A DNA stretch of 64,000 nucleotides from contig CAYNBQ010000002.1 in the NCBI GenBank assembly GCA_964395275.1, positions 16,731-80,730 of the forward strand, read 5' to 3'. The translations under genes were made by a program, and so were the position numbers. The notes beneath the pieces were generated by a model, which saw nothing but the letters and a program-made list of their open reading frames with translations, was not told the origin of the DNA and made no database searches. The first letter of the stretch is position 1; every line of letters begins with the position of its first letter. Of this stretch, positions 17,488 through 26,684 are shown in pieces. Source of the DNA: an uncultured Verrucomicrobiota bacterium. GTDB lineage: Bacteria > Verrucomicrobiota > CALLYA01 > CAYNBQ01.

Positions 17488-19449
17488 CTACTCCCGCGCG
17501 ACTTCCAGTCTGTGGGGCGGGACGATCCGAAAGGCGTTGACCGCCTCGATGTATCCCTCCGGATGACCTGTGTCGTAACGGCGCCCCTGCGTTTCATAGG
17601 CCAGGAAGCCCTCGCGGCGGCGGATCTCGTCGAGGGCCGTCGTGAGCTGGAATTCCCCTCCCTCGCGGCGGTCCGTGCGGACCATTTCCTCGAGAACCTC
17701 GAAGATCGAGGCATTGAGAACATACTGCCCGAAGATCGTGTAGTACTCCCCGGGACCGAGTTCCTCGCACCGCAGGTATTCCCGGGCGTAGTCGATCGTC
17801 GGCTTCTCGGCGAAGCGGGTCACCCGGTGGATCGCGGGATCCGCTTCGGACCGTTCCACCGATACCGTGCCGAACTGTTCGATCCGTTCTTCCGGCGTCC
17901 GCTGGACGGCCAGCGTGTTGGCCTGGTGGCGTTCGTACATGTCGAGGAGCTGCCGCGCGCAGGGCACCTGCGACTCGGATACGTAGACGTGGTCCCCCAG
18001 CATCAGCAGGAAGGGTTCGTCGCCGACCCATTCCCGCGCGGTCAGGACCGCGTGGCCGAATCCCTCCTGCCGTTCCTGAACGATGAAGGTCAGTCGGCGC
18101 CCGATCTCGGGAAGACGGTCGAACTGCTCGCGGGCGGCCGGGGAAAGGTCCCCGGACCCGTCGATCGGCGACTGGAAATACCGCAACAGATCCTCTTCGT
18201 CCCCGGGACGGGTGATGATGCAGATCTCCTCGATTCCGGATTCGAGGGCCTCTTCGATGATGATCTGCAGGACGGGTTTCACGACGCCCGTTCGATCCAC
18301 CACCGGGAACATCTCCTTCTGCACGCCCTTGGTCACCGGGTAGAGCCTCGTGCCGGATCCGGCTGCGGGGATCACCGCCTTGCGCACCCGCCGGCCGGCC
18401 GGGATCCGGATCTTCAACCCCTCCAGCCCCAGTTCCGTCCACAGGATTTCGACGACGCGATCCTGGGCCTCCTCGTCTTCCACCAGGAACTGGGCGCATC
18501 CGTCCCCCTGGGACCCGACGCCCTTGCCTCCGAGCACATGGGGCCGGATGCGGGGATCGGCCAGGACCCTGTGCAGAACGGGCGCTTCGAGTTCCCTGGG
18601 GCATGCGGGGATCATGGCCCGGTCGAAAGCGGCCTGGGCCCGGTCCATCAGGGCGCCGACGGCGCGCAGATCCCCGCGTTCGATCGCCTCGCGGGCCTGC
18701 CGGACGATCTCCCGGTTCTCGGCCCCGAGATAGCGGCGAACGGCCTCCGGGACGGGTCCTTCCGCGTTCGGATAACATGCGTTGAGATCGGCGAGGATCC
18801 GGAGCGTGTCCTTGCCCGCCTTCAGGTCCACCACGACGAGAAAGAGATCCGCCCCGGGCGTGATCGTCTCCACCAGGATGTTTTCCCCGTCGAACGTCAG
18901 AAGGGTCGGCCGGTTCCCGTATGCGCAGGCCTGGTCGAGCCGTCCGCATCGCGACGGCGTCAGGATCTCGCCCCGGTAGGCCTTCTCCATCTCGCCCCGG
19001 ATGGTCATGCGCAGCTCGTAGAGACGGTTGAACGCGCGCGCCACCAGCACGCAGATCGCCGCGGACGACGACAACCCCTTCTTCATCGGCAGGTCGGTCC
19101 GGTAATTGTCGATCTCGATCCCGCGCACCCGGTGTTCGACGAGGATTTCGTGGGCCACGCCCGCCGCGTAACTGAAGAAATCCCCCCGGGAAGCCGCCTC
19201 CCGCAGGGCCCGCTCTTCCATCGGAACGTCGAAAGGCTTCGTCCGGGTTCCGTCCGGCAGCGTGGATCGCAGAATGAAACGGTCCGGATGCGGACGCACC
19301 TTCGCGTAGATGCCCTGATTCGTTCCGGTGACGATGGCGTAGCCCGGCTCGATCGACTCGTCCACGCGCCGGTAGCCCGCGGCCCAGTCCGAATGTTCCC
19401 CGAAAAGGCAGAGCCGGCCGGGGACGAAGAGTTGCACTTCCTCAGGCAT
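17488..19449 (-). CDS. Bifunctional sugar-1-kinase (GHMP family) / UTP-sugar-1-phosphate uridylyltransferase (GalU-like) fusion
   Basis: ORF 17488..19449. N-terminal GHMP-kinase domain (PGRLCLFGEHSDWAAGY, PMKKGLSSSAAICVLVARAF) and C-terminal nucleotidyltransferase domain (RKAVIPAAGSGTRLYPVTKGVQKEMFPVVD..., strongly GalU-like). Confidence 0.8.
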   Translation of the reverse strand: MPEEVQLFVPGRLCLFGEHSDWAAGYRRVDESIEPGYAIVTGTNQGIYAKVRPHPDRFILRSTLPDGTRTKPFDVPMEERALREAASRGDFFSYAAGVAHEILVEHRVRGIEIDNYRTDLPMKKGLSSSAAICVLVARAFNRLYELRMTIRGEMEKAYRGEILTPSRCGRLDQACAYGNRPTLLTFDGENILVETITPGADLFLVVVDLKAGKDTLRILADLNACYPNAEGPVPEAVRRYLGAENREIVRQAREAIERGDLRAVGALMDRAQAAFDRAMIPACPRELEAPVLHRVLADPRIRPHVLGGKGVGSQGDGCAQFLVEDEEAQDRVVEILWTELGLEGLKIRIPAGRRVRKAVIPAAGSGTRLYPVTKGVQKEMFPVVDRTGVVKPVLQIIIEEALESGIEEICIITRPGDEEDLLRYFQSPIDGSGDLSPAAREQFDRLPEIGRRLTFIVQERQEGFGHAVLTAREWVGDEPFLLMLGDHVYVSESQVPCARQLLDMYERHQANTLAVQRTPEERIEQFGTVSVERSEADPAIHRVTRFAEKPTIDYAREYLRCEELGPGEYYTIFGQYVLNASIFEVLEEMVRTDRREGGEFQLTTALDEIRRREGFLAYETQGRRYDTGHPEGYIEAVNAFRIVPPHRLEVARE

Positions 19450-19494
19450 CGCGCCGCTTCCTCCCGATCCGGCCGATCCGAACCGTCCGTCGCA

Positions 19495-20553
19495 TCACGT
19501 CGCCTCCGGCACGGGGGTTTCCCAGACGCGCAGCCCCATGCGGCTCAGGTAGATGGGAATGCTCTGGAAGAGGGGGTTTTCCTCCTTGATCCGCGAGATC
19601 ATGGCGCGTTTCGAGGCGGCCTCCGGACCGCAGAGGATGGAAACGGATCCGCCGTCTCCTCCGGCGCCGTTGACCTTCCATCCCACGGCGCCGTGTTCGC
19701 GGGCGATCTCGATGATCCTGTGCGCGTCGGCGCTGACCAGGTCCGGATGCAGATTCGCCTGCGCCTCGGTGTTCTCGATCATCGACTTCCCCAAGGCCAG
19801 GAAGTCTCCCGTCAACAGCGCGTCCTTCGCCTTGTCCGCCGTCCGCCTCAGCGCCTCCAGGCGGGGAGCGTCCGGTCCCTCCCCTTCCAGATCCCGGATG
19901 ACCTTCTCGTGGACCTTCGAAGAACTGTGCGCCTTGCCCGCGAAAATCAGCACCAGCCGCCGCTCGAGTTCCCACCAGATCGAGTTCGGCACATGAAGCT
20001 GCGAAACGACCGCCTGAGGATAACGCTCGATCTCGATGTAGCAGATCCCCCCGTAGGCCGAACAGAGTTGATCCTGGACTCCGCACTGCTGCTTGAGTTT
20101 CTCCGTCTCGATGGCGTGCGCCGTGCGGGCCACCTGGTGGGGCGTCATCGTCCCCGGCGTCAGCCGGTCCAGCGCCCCGATCAGGGCGACCGTGACCGCC
20201 GCCGACGTCCCGGTCGAGCAGCCTCCCGGCGCCTCGGAATAGATGTTGACCTCGATGGCCAGGTCTTCCGGCACGCCCATCATCTCGATCGCGGCCTCCA
20301 GCAGGGGGTGCTTGTCGTAGATGCCCGGTTCCTCCATGCCGACGACGAATCGTTCCCCGTAGTTCTCGGCGTGAACCACCACCCGTTCGCGGCTTCCGTC
20401 GTTCGGAAAGACCTTCATCTGGACCTCCGCATACGGATAGACCGCGATGTTGAAGATCCTTCCCCTCTCCGCGAACCAGGTGTCGGTCCAGCCCCCGTTG
20501 TCGCAGATCCTCATGGGCGCCACGGTGTTGACGATGCGAATCGGACTGCTCAT
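19495..20553 (-). CDS. GHMP-family sugar kinase (HddA / D-glycero-D-manno-heptose 7-phosphate kinase-like)
   Basis: ORF 19495..20553. APMRICDNGGWTDT and APGGCSTGTSAAVTVALIGAL are GHMP ATP-binding motifs. Confidence 0.75.
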   Translation of the reverse strand: MSSPIRIVNTVAPMRICDNGGWTDTWFAERGRIFNIAVYPYAEVQMKVFPNDGSRERVVVHAENYGERFVVGMEEPGIYDKHPLLEAAIEMMGVPEDLAIEVNIYSEAPGGCSTGTSAAVTVALIGALDRLTPGTMTPHQVARTAHAIETEKLKQQCGVQDQLCSAYGGICYIEIERYPQAVVSQLHVPNSIWWELERRLVLIFAGKAHSSSKVHEKVIRDLEGEGPDAPRLEALRRTADKAKDALLTGDFLALGKSMIENTEAQANLHPDLVSADAHRIIEIAREHGAVGWKVNGAGGDGGSVSILCGPEAASKRAMISRIKEENPLFQSIPIYLSRMGLRVWETPVPEAT

Positions 20554-20612
20554 GCGATCATCCTTCCCTTCCCGTCTTCGGAAATGCCTCGGCCCCGGCC
20601 GGGCGCGGCCTT

Positions 20613-21008
20613 CTACGCTTCATGGAGGCCGTCGTCGACGGTCGGCGATTCGGAACCTCCCCCGTCGTGCAGGACCGATTCCATATCCGCCTCGACCTGC
20701 TCCGGATCCTCGCCCCTTTCGACCCGATCCAGGGCCTCTTCGAACCGCGGATCGAATCTCTCCCCCGCCTCCCGGCCGATCTCGCGCATCATGCGGGCCA
20801 GGATCCGCCGATCCGCCGTCCCCTCGTTCGCCTCCGCGGAATCGGCCGGCGCGCTGTGCCCGCGCGCCGGGGTGAAGCGCGAGGGCCGACGTTCCAGCCT
20901 CGGACGCCCGCACCGCGGGCAGGAAGGCGGACCGTGCCCGCGGACGTTGCGCACCAGGAAGGAAAAGATCCGGTTGCAGGAAGCGCAGTAATACTCGTAG
21001 ATCGGCAT
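20613..21008 (-). CDS. FmdB-family zinc-ribbon protein
   Basis: ORF 20613..21032, trimmed to ATG at 21008. MPIYEYYCASCNRIF...CPRCG is a CxxC...CxxC ribbon. Confidence 0.7.
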   Translation of the reverse strand: MPIYEYYCASCNRIFSFLVRNVRGHGPPSCPRCGRPRLERRPSRFTPARGHSAPADSAEANEGTADRRILARMMREIGREAGERFDPRFEEALDRVERGEDPEQVEADMESVLHDGGGSESPTVDDGLHEA

Positions 21009-21117
21009 GGATCCTCTCTCCCGCCCGTGCAACTATCCCCTTCGCAACCCCCTGATTTCAAGCCCGCGCCGGACCCGCCATGTTCGGCCGCCGCTCCGAA
21101 TCCCGAGGAAATCCGCA

Positions 21118-22113
21118 ATGCAAGAGGAATCGCTTCCGCTGCGGCCTCCCGCGCTGCGTCCGGGAGACGTCATCGGCATCGCCGCCCCGGCGAAGCCCGT
21201 CGAGGCCGATACGGTTCGTCGGATCGAACGACGCCTCGAGGCCCTGGGATACCGCGTCCGTTTCGCGCCCGGCGTCACCGAACGCTGGGGATATCTCGCC
21301 GGCGACGACGAAACCCGCGCCCGATCCCTTTCGGAGCTTCAATCGGATCCCGAAATCCGCGCCGTCTTCTGTGCGGCCGGCGGGTACGGATCCACGCGGA
21401 TCCTCGACCGCATCGATTACCGGATCTTCGCGGAGGATCCCAAGATCTTCGTCGGCTACAGCGACATCACGGCGCTGCACGCGGCCGTCGGCGGGGAAAC
21501 GGGCCTCGTCACCTTTCATGCCCCCATGCCGATGACCTTCCTCGGATGGGAAAAGACCCCGCCCGATCCGCGAACCGAAACCGTTTTCTGGGAAACGCTG
21601 CAGGGGCGCCGGGGGAAAGGCGCGGTCATCGCCGCCGAATCGGACGACGCCGAACCGGTCCTCCGCGTGCCCGGCAGGGCCCGGGGACGTCTCGCAGGAG
21701 GAAACCTCTCGCTCCTGTGCGCGCTGATGGGCACGCCCTGGGAGGTCCCTTCGCGGGACCGCATCCTCTTTCTCGAAGACGTCGGGGAAGAACCCTACCG
21801 GATCGACCGCTACCTCTCCCAACTCCGGCTGGCGGGCAAACTGCGGGATGCGGCCGGAATCCTCCTGGGTTCGTGGTCCCGCTGTTCGCCGGAGTCGCCG
21901 GAACGCAGCCTGTCGATTCGCGAGGTGCTTCGGGACTACTTTGCGGACTCGCCGGTTCCCGTACTTGCCGGTTTTCCCGCGGGGCACCGGCGTCGAAACA
22001 TGACCCTTCCCCTGGGGATCCGCGTCGAACTCGACGCCGACGCCGGCGTCCTCCGTTTCCTGGAGGATCCGACGACGCCCCCGGCGGCCGGAGGCGATTC
22101 AGATCCCGCGTAG
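21118..22113 (+). CDS. ldcA: LD-carboxypeptidase (peptidase S66, muramoyltetrapeptide carboxypeptidase)
   Basis: ORF 21007..22113, trimmed to ATG 21118 (MQEESLPLRPPALRPGDVIGIAAPA). S66 core motifs (FCAAGGYGS...GYSDITALH...GGNLSLL). Confidence 0.75.
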   Translation: MQEESLPLRPPALRPGDVIGIAAPAKPVEADTVRRIERRLEALGYRVRFAPGVTERWGYLAGDDETRARSLSELQSDPEIRAVFCAAGGYGSTRILDRIDYRIFAEDPKIFVGYSDITALHAAVGGETGLVTFHAPMPMTFLGWEKTPPDPRTETVFWETLQGRRGKGAVIAAESDDAEPVLRVPGRARGRLAGGNLSLLCALMGTPWEVPSRDRILFLEDVGEEPYRIDRYLSQLRLAGKLRDAAGILLGSWSRCSPESPERSLSIREVLRDYFADSPVPVLAGFPAGHRRRNMTLPLGIRVELDADAGVLRFLEDPTTPPAAGGDSDPA

Positions 22114-23121
22114 CGGACCGATCGATTCGATCACGTCCGCCGGTTTCGCGAAGAAACCGTAGAGCCCCCCGGTGTGCAGGAAGACGATCCGTGCGCCGAA
22201 CGTCCGGGGATCCTTCGCAAGTTCCCCCAGCAGACCGAAGAACGCCTTCCCCGTGTACACGGGGTCGAGCACGATCCCCTCTTCCCGCGCCAGTTCGGCG
22301 ATCGCGCGGATTTCCTCCGGACGGCTCAGGGCGTAACCCCGCCCCACGTACCCGTCCCGGACGTCCACGTCGGACGGCTCGACACGGATTCCCAGGCCGT
22401 AGCGATCGGAGCAGGCGTTCGCGATCGAGGGGACGATCCGCCGGAATTCCTCCGCGGTGTCGCAGACGTTCACTCCGACGATCCGGATCCGGTCCAGCCC
22501 GAGGAGTTTCCGCCCGAGAATCAGGCCGGCGCCGGTTCCCCCGGAGCCCACGGCGTGAACGACGACCGCCTCGCGAATCCCGCGGGAATCGAACTGCTCG
22601 GCCAGTTCCCGCATCGCCGCGACGTACCCCCAGGCACCCACCGCATCGCTTCCCCCCGAAGGCGTCCAGTAAGGGCGCCGGCCCTCGGAACGGAGCCGCG
22701 CCAGGATCTCGTCCCGGATCTCCTCCAGCCGTTCCGCGTAGTCCCCGGCCCCGACGAACCGGATCCGCGCCCCCAGCAGATGATCCAGCAACAGGTTCGC
22801 CTGCACATCTTCCGCCGCGGAGGGGGAATCGCCCCGCAACAGGAGAACGGCCTCGAATCCGGCCCGACGGGCCGCCGCCGCCGTCGCCCGGCAATGGTTC
22901 GACTGAATCCCTCCGCAGGTGACGATCGTGTCGGCGCCGATCCGGCGCATTTCCGCCAGATGGAACTCCAGTTTCCGCACCTTGTTGCCGGAAAGCGCCG
23001 ATCCGGTGAGATCGTCGCGCTTGATCCAGAGATCCACGCCGAGCCGGTCCGAGACCCGATCGAGGCGTTCCAGCGGCGTCGGCGTGCGCGCCAGGGATTC
23101 ACGCAACGGGAATTCGATCAC
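22099..23121 (-). CDS. PLP-dependent ACC deaminase / D-cysteine desulfhydrase family protein
   Basis: ORF 22099..23121. DDLTGSALSGNKVRKLEF and TCGGIQSNHCRATAAAA are PLP fold-type II motifs. Confidence 0.8.
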   Translation of the reverse strand: MIEFPLRESLARTPTPLERLDRVSDRLGVDLWIKRDDLTGSALSGNKVRKLEFHLAEMRRIGADTIVTCGGIQSNHCRATAAAARRAGFEAVLLLRGDSPSAAEDVQANLLLDHLLGARIRFVGAGDYAERLEEIRDEILARLRSEGRRPYWTPSGGSDAVGAWGYVAAMRELAEQFDSRGIREAVVVHAVGSGGTGAGLILGRKLLGLDRIRIVGVNVCDTAEEFRRIVPSIANACSDRYGLGIRVEPSDVDVRDGYVGRGYALSRPEEIRAIAELAREEGIVLDPVYTGKAFFGLLGELAKDPRTFGARIVFLHTGGLYGFFAKPADVIESIGPLRGI

Positions 23122-23235
23122 GGCGCATCCTCCCGGAAACGGACGGGCATGGCGGAGAGAGAAAGGCCGCGCGGCCCGGATTTCTCCGGTTCCGCGCGGC
23201 CTCGAATCGACATCCGACCGCTTGAAACGGTCTTC

Positions 23236-23940
23236 CTACCCGCGCCGGCGGCGGAACAGGGCCAGGCCCGCAACGCCCAGAAGCGCCATCGTGGCCGGTT
23301 CCGGAACGTTCGAGACGCCCGGCGTATCGACCGCGTCGGCCGAGGCCGGATCGAACTCGCCGATCCGCCAGGCCGAGAAATCGGCGCCGTTCGACAGGCG
23401 ATACGCGTGGGCCGGCACGTAGCTTCCGTCCGGTCCCAGGGCGTCCGCGTAGTACTTGTCTCCCGTATCGACCGTTTCGATCAGGGAGATGGCGTCGATG
23501 ACGTCCGCCCACGGCGTCACGTCCAGCACGCCGTCGTCGTCCGTGTCGAGATCGTCCCCGTTGCTCCCCGCAAACTCCGAAACGAGCATGTGGGTCACGT
23601 TGTCGCTGTTCTCGAAGTTGATGCTCGTGGTGAGATCCACCTGGGCGGGAGCCAGGCTGAACGTGCTCTCGGCCGCGAGGAAGAATCCGTCGCTCGGAAT
23701 CGACAGACCCGCCAGACCGATCACCGCTTCGATCACACCGCTGCCGCCCGAGCCGTCTCCGATGACCAGGTAGGTCAGGTCATCCAGCGAGTCGCCCGGC
23801 GTACCCGCGATTTCGAAGTACTCGTCGTTGTCCGTTCCCGCCTGGTCGATCCGGATCTCGTTGATCTGGATCGCCGCGGGGGCGGAAACCGCGATCGCAA
23901 CGACCAGCAGTGCCATGAGCGTGAGATGCCTTTTCATCAT
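23236..23940 (-). CDS. Secreted lamin-tail-domain (LTD) protein with C-terminal PEP-CTERM sorting signal
   Basis: ORF 23236..23940. Signal peptide, LTD-like IQINEIRIDQAGTDNDEYFEIAG, and C-terminus VPEPATMALLGVAGLALFRRRRG (PEP motif, TM helix, Arg cluster). Confidence 0.75.
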   Translation of the reverse strand: MMKRHLTLMALLVVAIAVSAPAAIQINEIRIDQAGTDNDEYFEIAGTPGDSLDDLTYLVIGDGSGGSGVIEAVIGLAGLSIPSDGFFLAAESTFSLAPAQVDLTTSINFENSDNVTHMLVSEFAGSNGDDLDTDDDGVLDVTPWADVIDAISLIETVDTGDKYYADALGPDGSYVPAHAYRLSNGADFSAWRIGEFDPASADAVDTPGVSNVPEPATMALLGVAGLALFRRRRG

Positions 23941-24085
23941 AGCGCCTTTTCATGCCTCCCTGTTTTGTGCGGAATATCCGCCTGGAACATCACCCTTCAG
24001 CGGGCTCCACGCCGCCGGACACGTATCATACGCGCTTCGACCCCCGATGCAAGGGCAAACCCGGCGGCGGCCCTTCCCCCGGAGG

Positions 24086-24799
24086 TCATGCCGGGCTCGA
24101 TCCGTTCACCGCGCGGGAGAACGCCTCGCGCAGGGTCCGGGCCGTCGCGCATCCGCCCGCCGGGAACGCCCCGTCGCGAAGGAGCCAGATCGGGGAGATC
24201 CCGGCGCGTCGGGCGCCGATGACGTCGTCCCGGTAGCTGTCCCCGATATGCACCGTCTCCTCCGGACGCACGCCCATCTCGCGCAACGCCGCGTGAAAGA
24301 TCGCCGGATGGGGCTTTTCGACGCCGATCTCGCACGAAATGACGATCGCGTCGAAATAACCGATCAACCCCAGGCCTTCCAGGAGCCCGCGCAGCCGGGA
24401 ATCCCAGTTGGAAACGAGGCCGACGGCGCAGCCGCGATCCCGGGCCTCCCGGAGAACCTCCACGGCGCCCTCTTCCAGATGCCAGAGCGCGGGGTCTGCG
24501 AACATCTCGTACAATTCCAGGAAACAGGGTTCGGGATCGTCCATTCCGCCGACCCGCTCGAGCGTGCGGTAGACGATGCGCCGCCAGTACCGCATTCCCT
24601 CCTGGTCGGCGGTTTCGTGCACCAGCCCCGCGTCGTGGACCTCTTCCCAGGTCTCGCGGAAGGCCCGCTCCATCCGCGCCGGTTCGACGCGCAACCCGTG
24701 CCGGGCCGCCACCCTCGCATAGATCGCCCCCGGACTCGGGCGGGTATGCAGAAGGGTTCCCCCCGCATCGAAGGTGATGGCCGCCGTCTCCTTGCTCAT
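24086..24799 (-). CDS. HAD-family hydrolase
   Basis: C-terminal 237 aa of ORF 24086..25189 from MSKETAAITFDAGGTLL (DxG motif I), then LVSNWDS and GDSYRDDV (motifs II-IV). Confidence 0.75.
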   Translation of the reverse strand: MSKETAAITFDAGGTLLHTRPSPGAIYARVAARHGLRVEPARMERAFRETWEEVHDAGLVHETADQEGMRYWRRIVYRTLERVGGMDDPEPCFLELYEMFADPALWHLEEGAVEVLREARDRGCAVGLVSNWDSRLRGLLEGLGLIGYFDAIVISCEIGVEKPHPAIFHAALREMGVRPEETVHIGDSYRDDVIGARRAGISPIWLLRDGAFPAGGCATARTLREAFSRAVNGSSPA

Positions 24800-24896
24800 T
24801 GCGCTCCAGCGTAGTATGGATTGCGGACACGTCTCAACTCCCGCGGGTTCCGGCCGTTTCCACGGGCAAACGGTTTCCTCCGCGGACATCCCACCG

Positions 24897-25433
24897 ATGA
24901 TATCGACCCCGCAAATCCCCGACGGCGACGACGCCCGGCCCCGAATCGACCCGGGGTCCGACGAACGCCTCATGCGACGGGCGCTCCTCCTGGCCGCCGA
25001 GGCCGGAGAAGACGGCGAGGTCCCCGTCGGCGCCGTGATCTGGCGCGAGGGGCGGATTCTCGCGTCCGCCCACAACCAGGTGGAACGGTTGCAGGACGCC
25101 ACCGCCCACGCGGAAATCCTCGCCCTCACCCAGGCCTCCGCGGCCCTGGGCGACTGGAGGCTGGAGGACTGCATCCTGGTCGTCACCAAGGAGCCCTGCG
25201 CGATGTGCGCGGGGGCGATCGTGAAGGCCCGGATCCGACGTCTCGTCTACGGCGCGCCCGATCCCCGAGAGGGGGGCGCCACCGTCTTTGGAATCTTCGA
25301 CTGGCCGGGGATGAACCACCGGGTCGAAGTCCGGGGAGGGGTTCTCGCGGAGGAGTGCGCCGAACTGCTCCGGACCTTCTTCCGCAACCGGCGCAGGGAG
25401 CCCGGATCCCCGGAACCGCGTATCGAACCGTGA
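24897..25433 (+). CDS. tadA: tRNA adenosine(34) deaminase
   Basis: ORF 24774..25433, trimmed to ATG 24897. HAEILAL...TKEPCAMCAGAI is the CDA zinc-binding motif. Confidence 0.75.
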   Translation: MISTPQIPDGDDARPRIDPGSDERLMRRALLLAAEAGEDGEVPVGAVIWREGRILASAHNQVERLQDATAHAEILALTQASAALGDWRLEDCILVVTKEPCAMCAGAIVKARIRRLVYGAPDPREGGATVFGIFDWPGMNHRVEVRGGVLAEECAELLRTFFRNRRREPGSPEPRIEP

Positions 25434-25509
25434 CGCCCTTCGCGCCGCGCGGCGGGCGGCGATCCTTGGCCGACCCGCGCCGTCTCTGTACACTGGCAAC
25501 GCCATTTCG

Positions 25510-25515
25510 AAGGAG
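25510..25515 (+). promoter_or_regulatory. Shine-Dalgarno (AAGGAG) for sppA
   Basis: aaggagcagaacg ATG; 7-nt spacing. Confidence 0.5.
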
Positions 25516-25522
25516 CAGAACG

Positions 25523-26608
25523 ATGTCCGATCCGTCCCGTCCCCCGCCCCCTCCGGTTCGAAGTCCCGCGCCGACGCCGGCCGCTCCCCCGCCGCGACGC
25601 CGGCGCAGCGGATGCCTGCTGACGATGCTGCTGGTTCTTCTTCTCATCAGCCTGGGAGTCAACCTGCTTCTCTCCGGGGATCGGATCGCCGGACAGAGTT
25701 GGAAGGTTCCCGTTCTCCGCGGGCGGGACCTGACCGAGGAGACCATCGAAGGCGATCCGGAGGCGACCGCGAAGATCGCCGTCATCCCCGTCAGCGGCAT
25801 CATCCGCGGCGCCCTTCTCGACGGCCGGGATTCGGCGGCCTGGGTCTGCCGCCAGATCCAGCGGGCGATGGACGACGACGATGTCGTGGGAATTCTCCTC
25901 GAGGTCGACACGCCGGGGGGCGAGGTCGCCGCGTCGGACATGATCTACGACCAGCTCCGGCGCGCCGCGGAGAAGAAGAAGGTTCTGGCCTGGATGGGAT
26001 CGCTCGCCACTTCGGGCGGCTACTATGTCTCGGCCGCCTGCGACGAAATCATGGCGATGCCGATGACGTCGACGGGAAGCATCGGCGTGATCCTCGTGCT
26101 CTTTCGATACGGCGAACTCATGAACAAGATCGGCGTCCAGCCCCGGATCTTCGCCGCGGGGCGGTACAAGGATCTCTTCAGCGGATTACGCGAAGAGGAT
26201 TTCTCGGAAGAAGAAAAGGCCATCATCCGGAGCCGGGTGCAGGTTGCGTACGACCGTTTCGTCGAGATCGTCGCCGAGGCGCGCGGACTCCCGGAAGAAA
26301 CCCTCCGGGAAGACATCGCCGACGGCAGGATCTTCTCGGCCGAGGAGGCCCGGGAGATGCAACTGATCGATGCGATCGGCTATCGGGAAGACGCCGTCGA
26401 ACGCCTTCGGAAACTCGCGGGGGCGCCGGATGCGCGGCTGATTCGTTACGATCGGGGGTTCTCGATCCGCAACCTGCTGCATGCCGCGGGCGGAGGCTCG
26501 ACCGTTCGCGTGGAACTGGGGGCCGGCTGCGGATTCGCCCTGCGGCCGGGCGCACTCTACTACCTGCCCCTGGAAACCGCCCGCGCCGCCTGGATCGAGC
26601 CGGAATAA
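25523..26608 (+). CDS. sppA: Signal peptide peptidase SppA (S49, 36K type)
   Basis: Frame of ORF 24821..26608 from ATG 25523, with AAGGAG RBS at 25510-25515. N-terminal TM, then VDTPGGEVAASDMIYDQL...GSLATSGGYYVSAACD. Confidence 0.8.
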   Translation: MSDPSRPPPPPVRSPAPTPAAPPPRRRRSGCLLTMLLVLLLISLGVNLLLSGDRIAGQSWKVPVLRGRDLTEETIEGDPEATAKIAVIPVSGIIRGALLDGRDSAAWVCRQIQRAMDDDDVVGILLEVDTPGGEVAASDMIYDQLRRAAEKKKVLAWMGSLATSGGYYVSAACDEIMAMPMTSTGSIGVILVLFRYGELMNKIGVQPRIFAAGRYKDLFSGLREEDFSEEEKAIIRSRVQVAYDRFVEIVAEARGLPEETLREDIADGRIFSAEEAREMQLIDAIGYREDAVERLRKLAGAPDARLIRYDRGFSIRNLLHAAGGGSTVRVELGAGCGFALRPGALYYLPLETARAAWIEPE

Positions 26609-26684
26609 CCTCCGGGGACGCGGATCGCGGCCGGCCGGGCCGCACGAGGACGGAACCGACGGGACCCCGACGACGAGGATGCGG

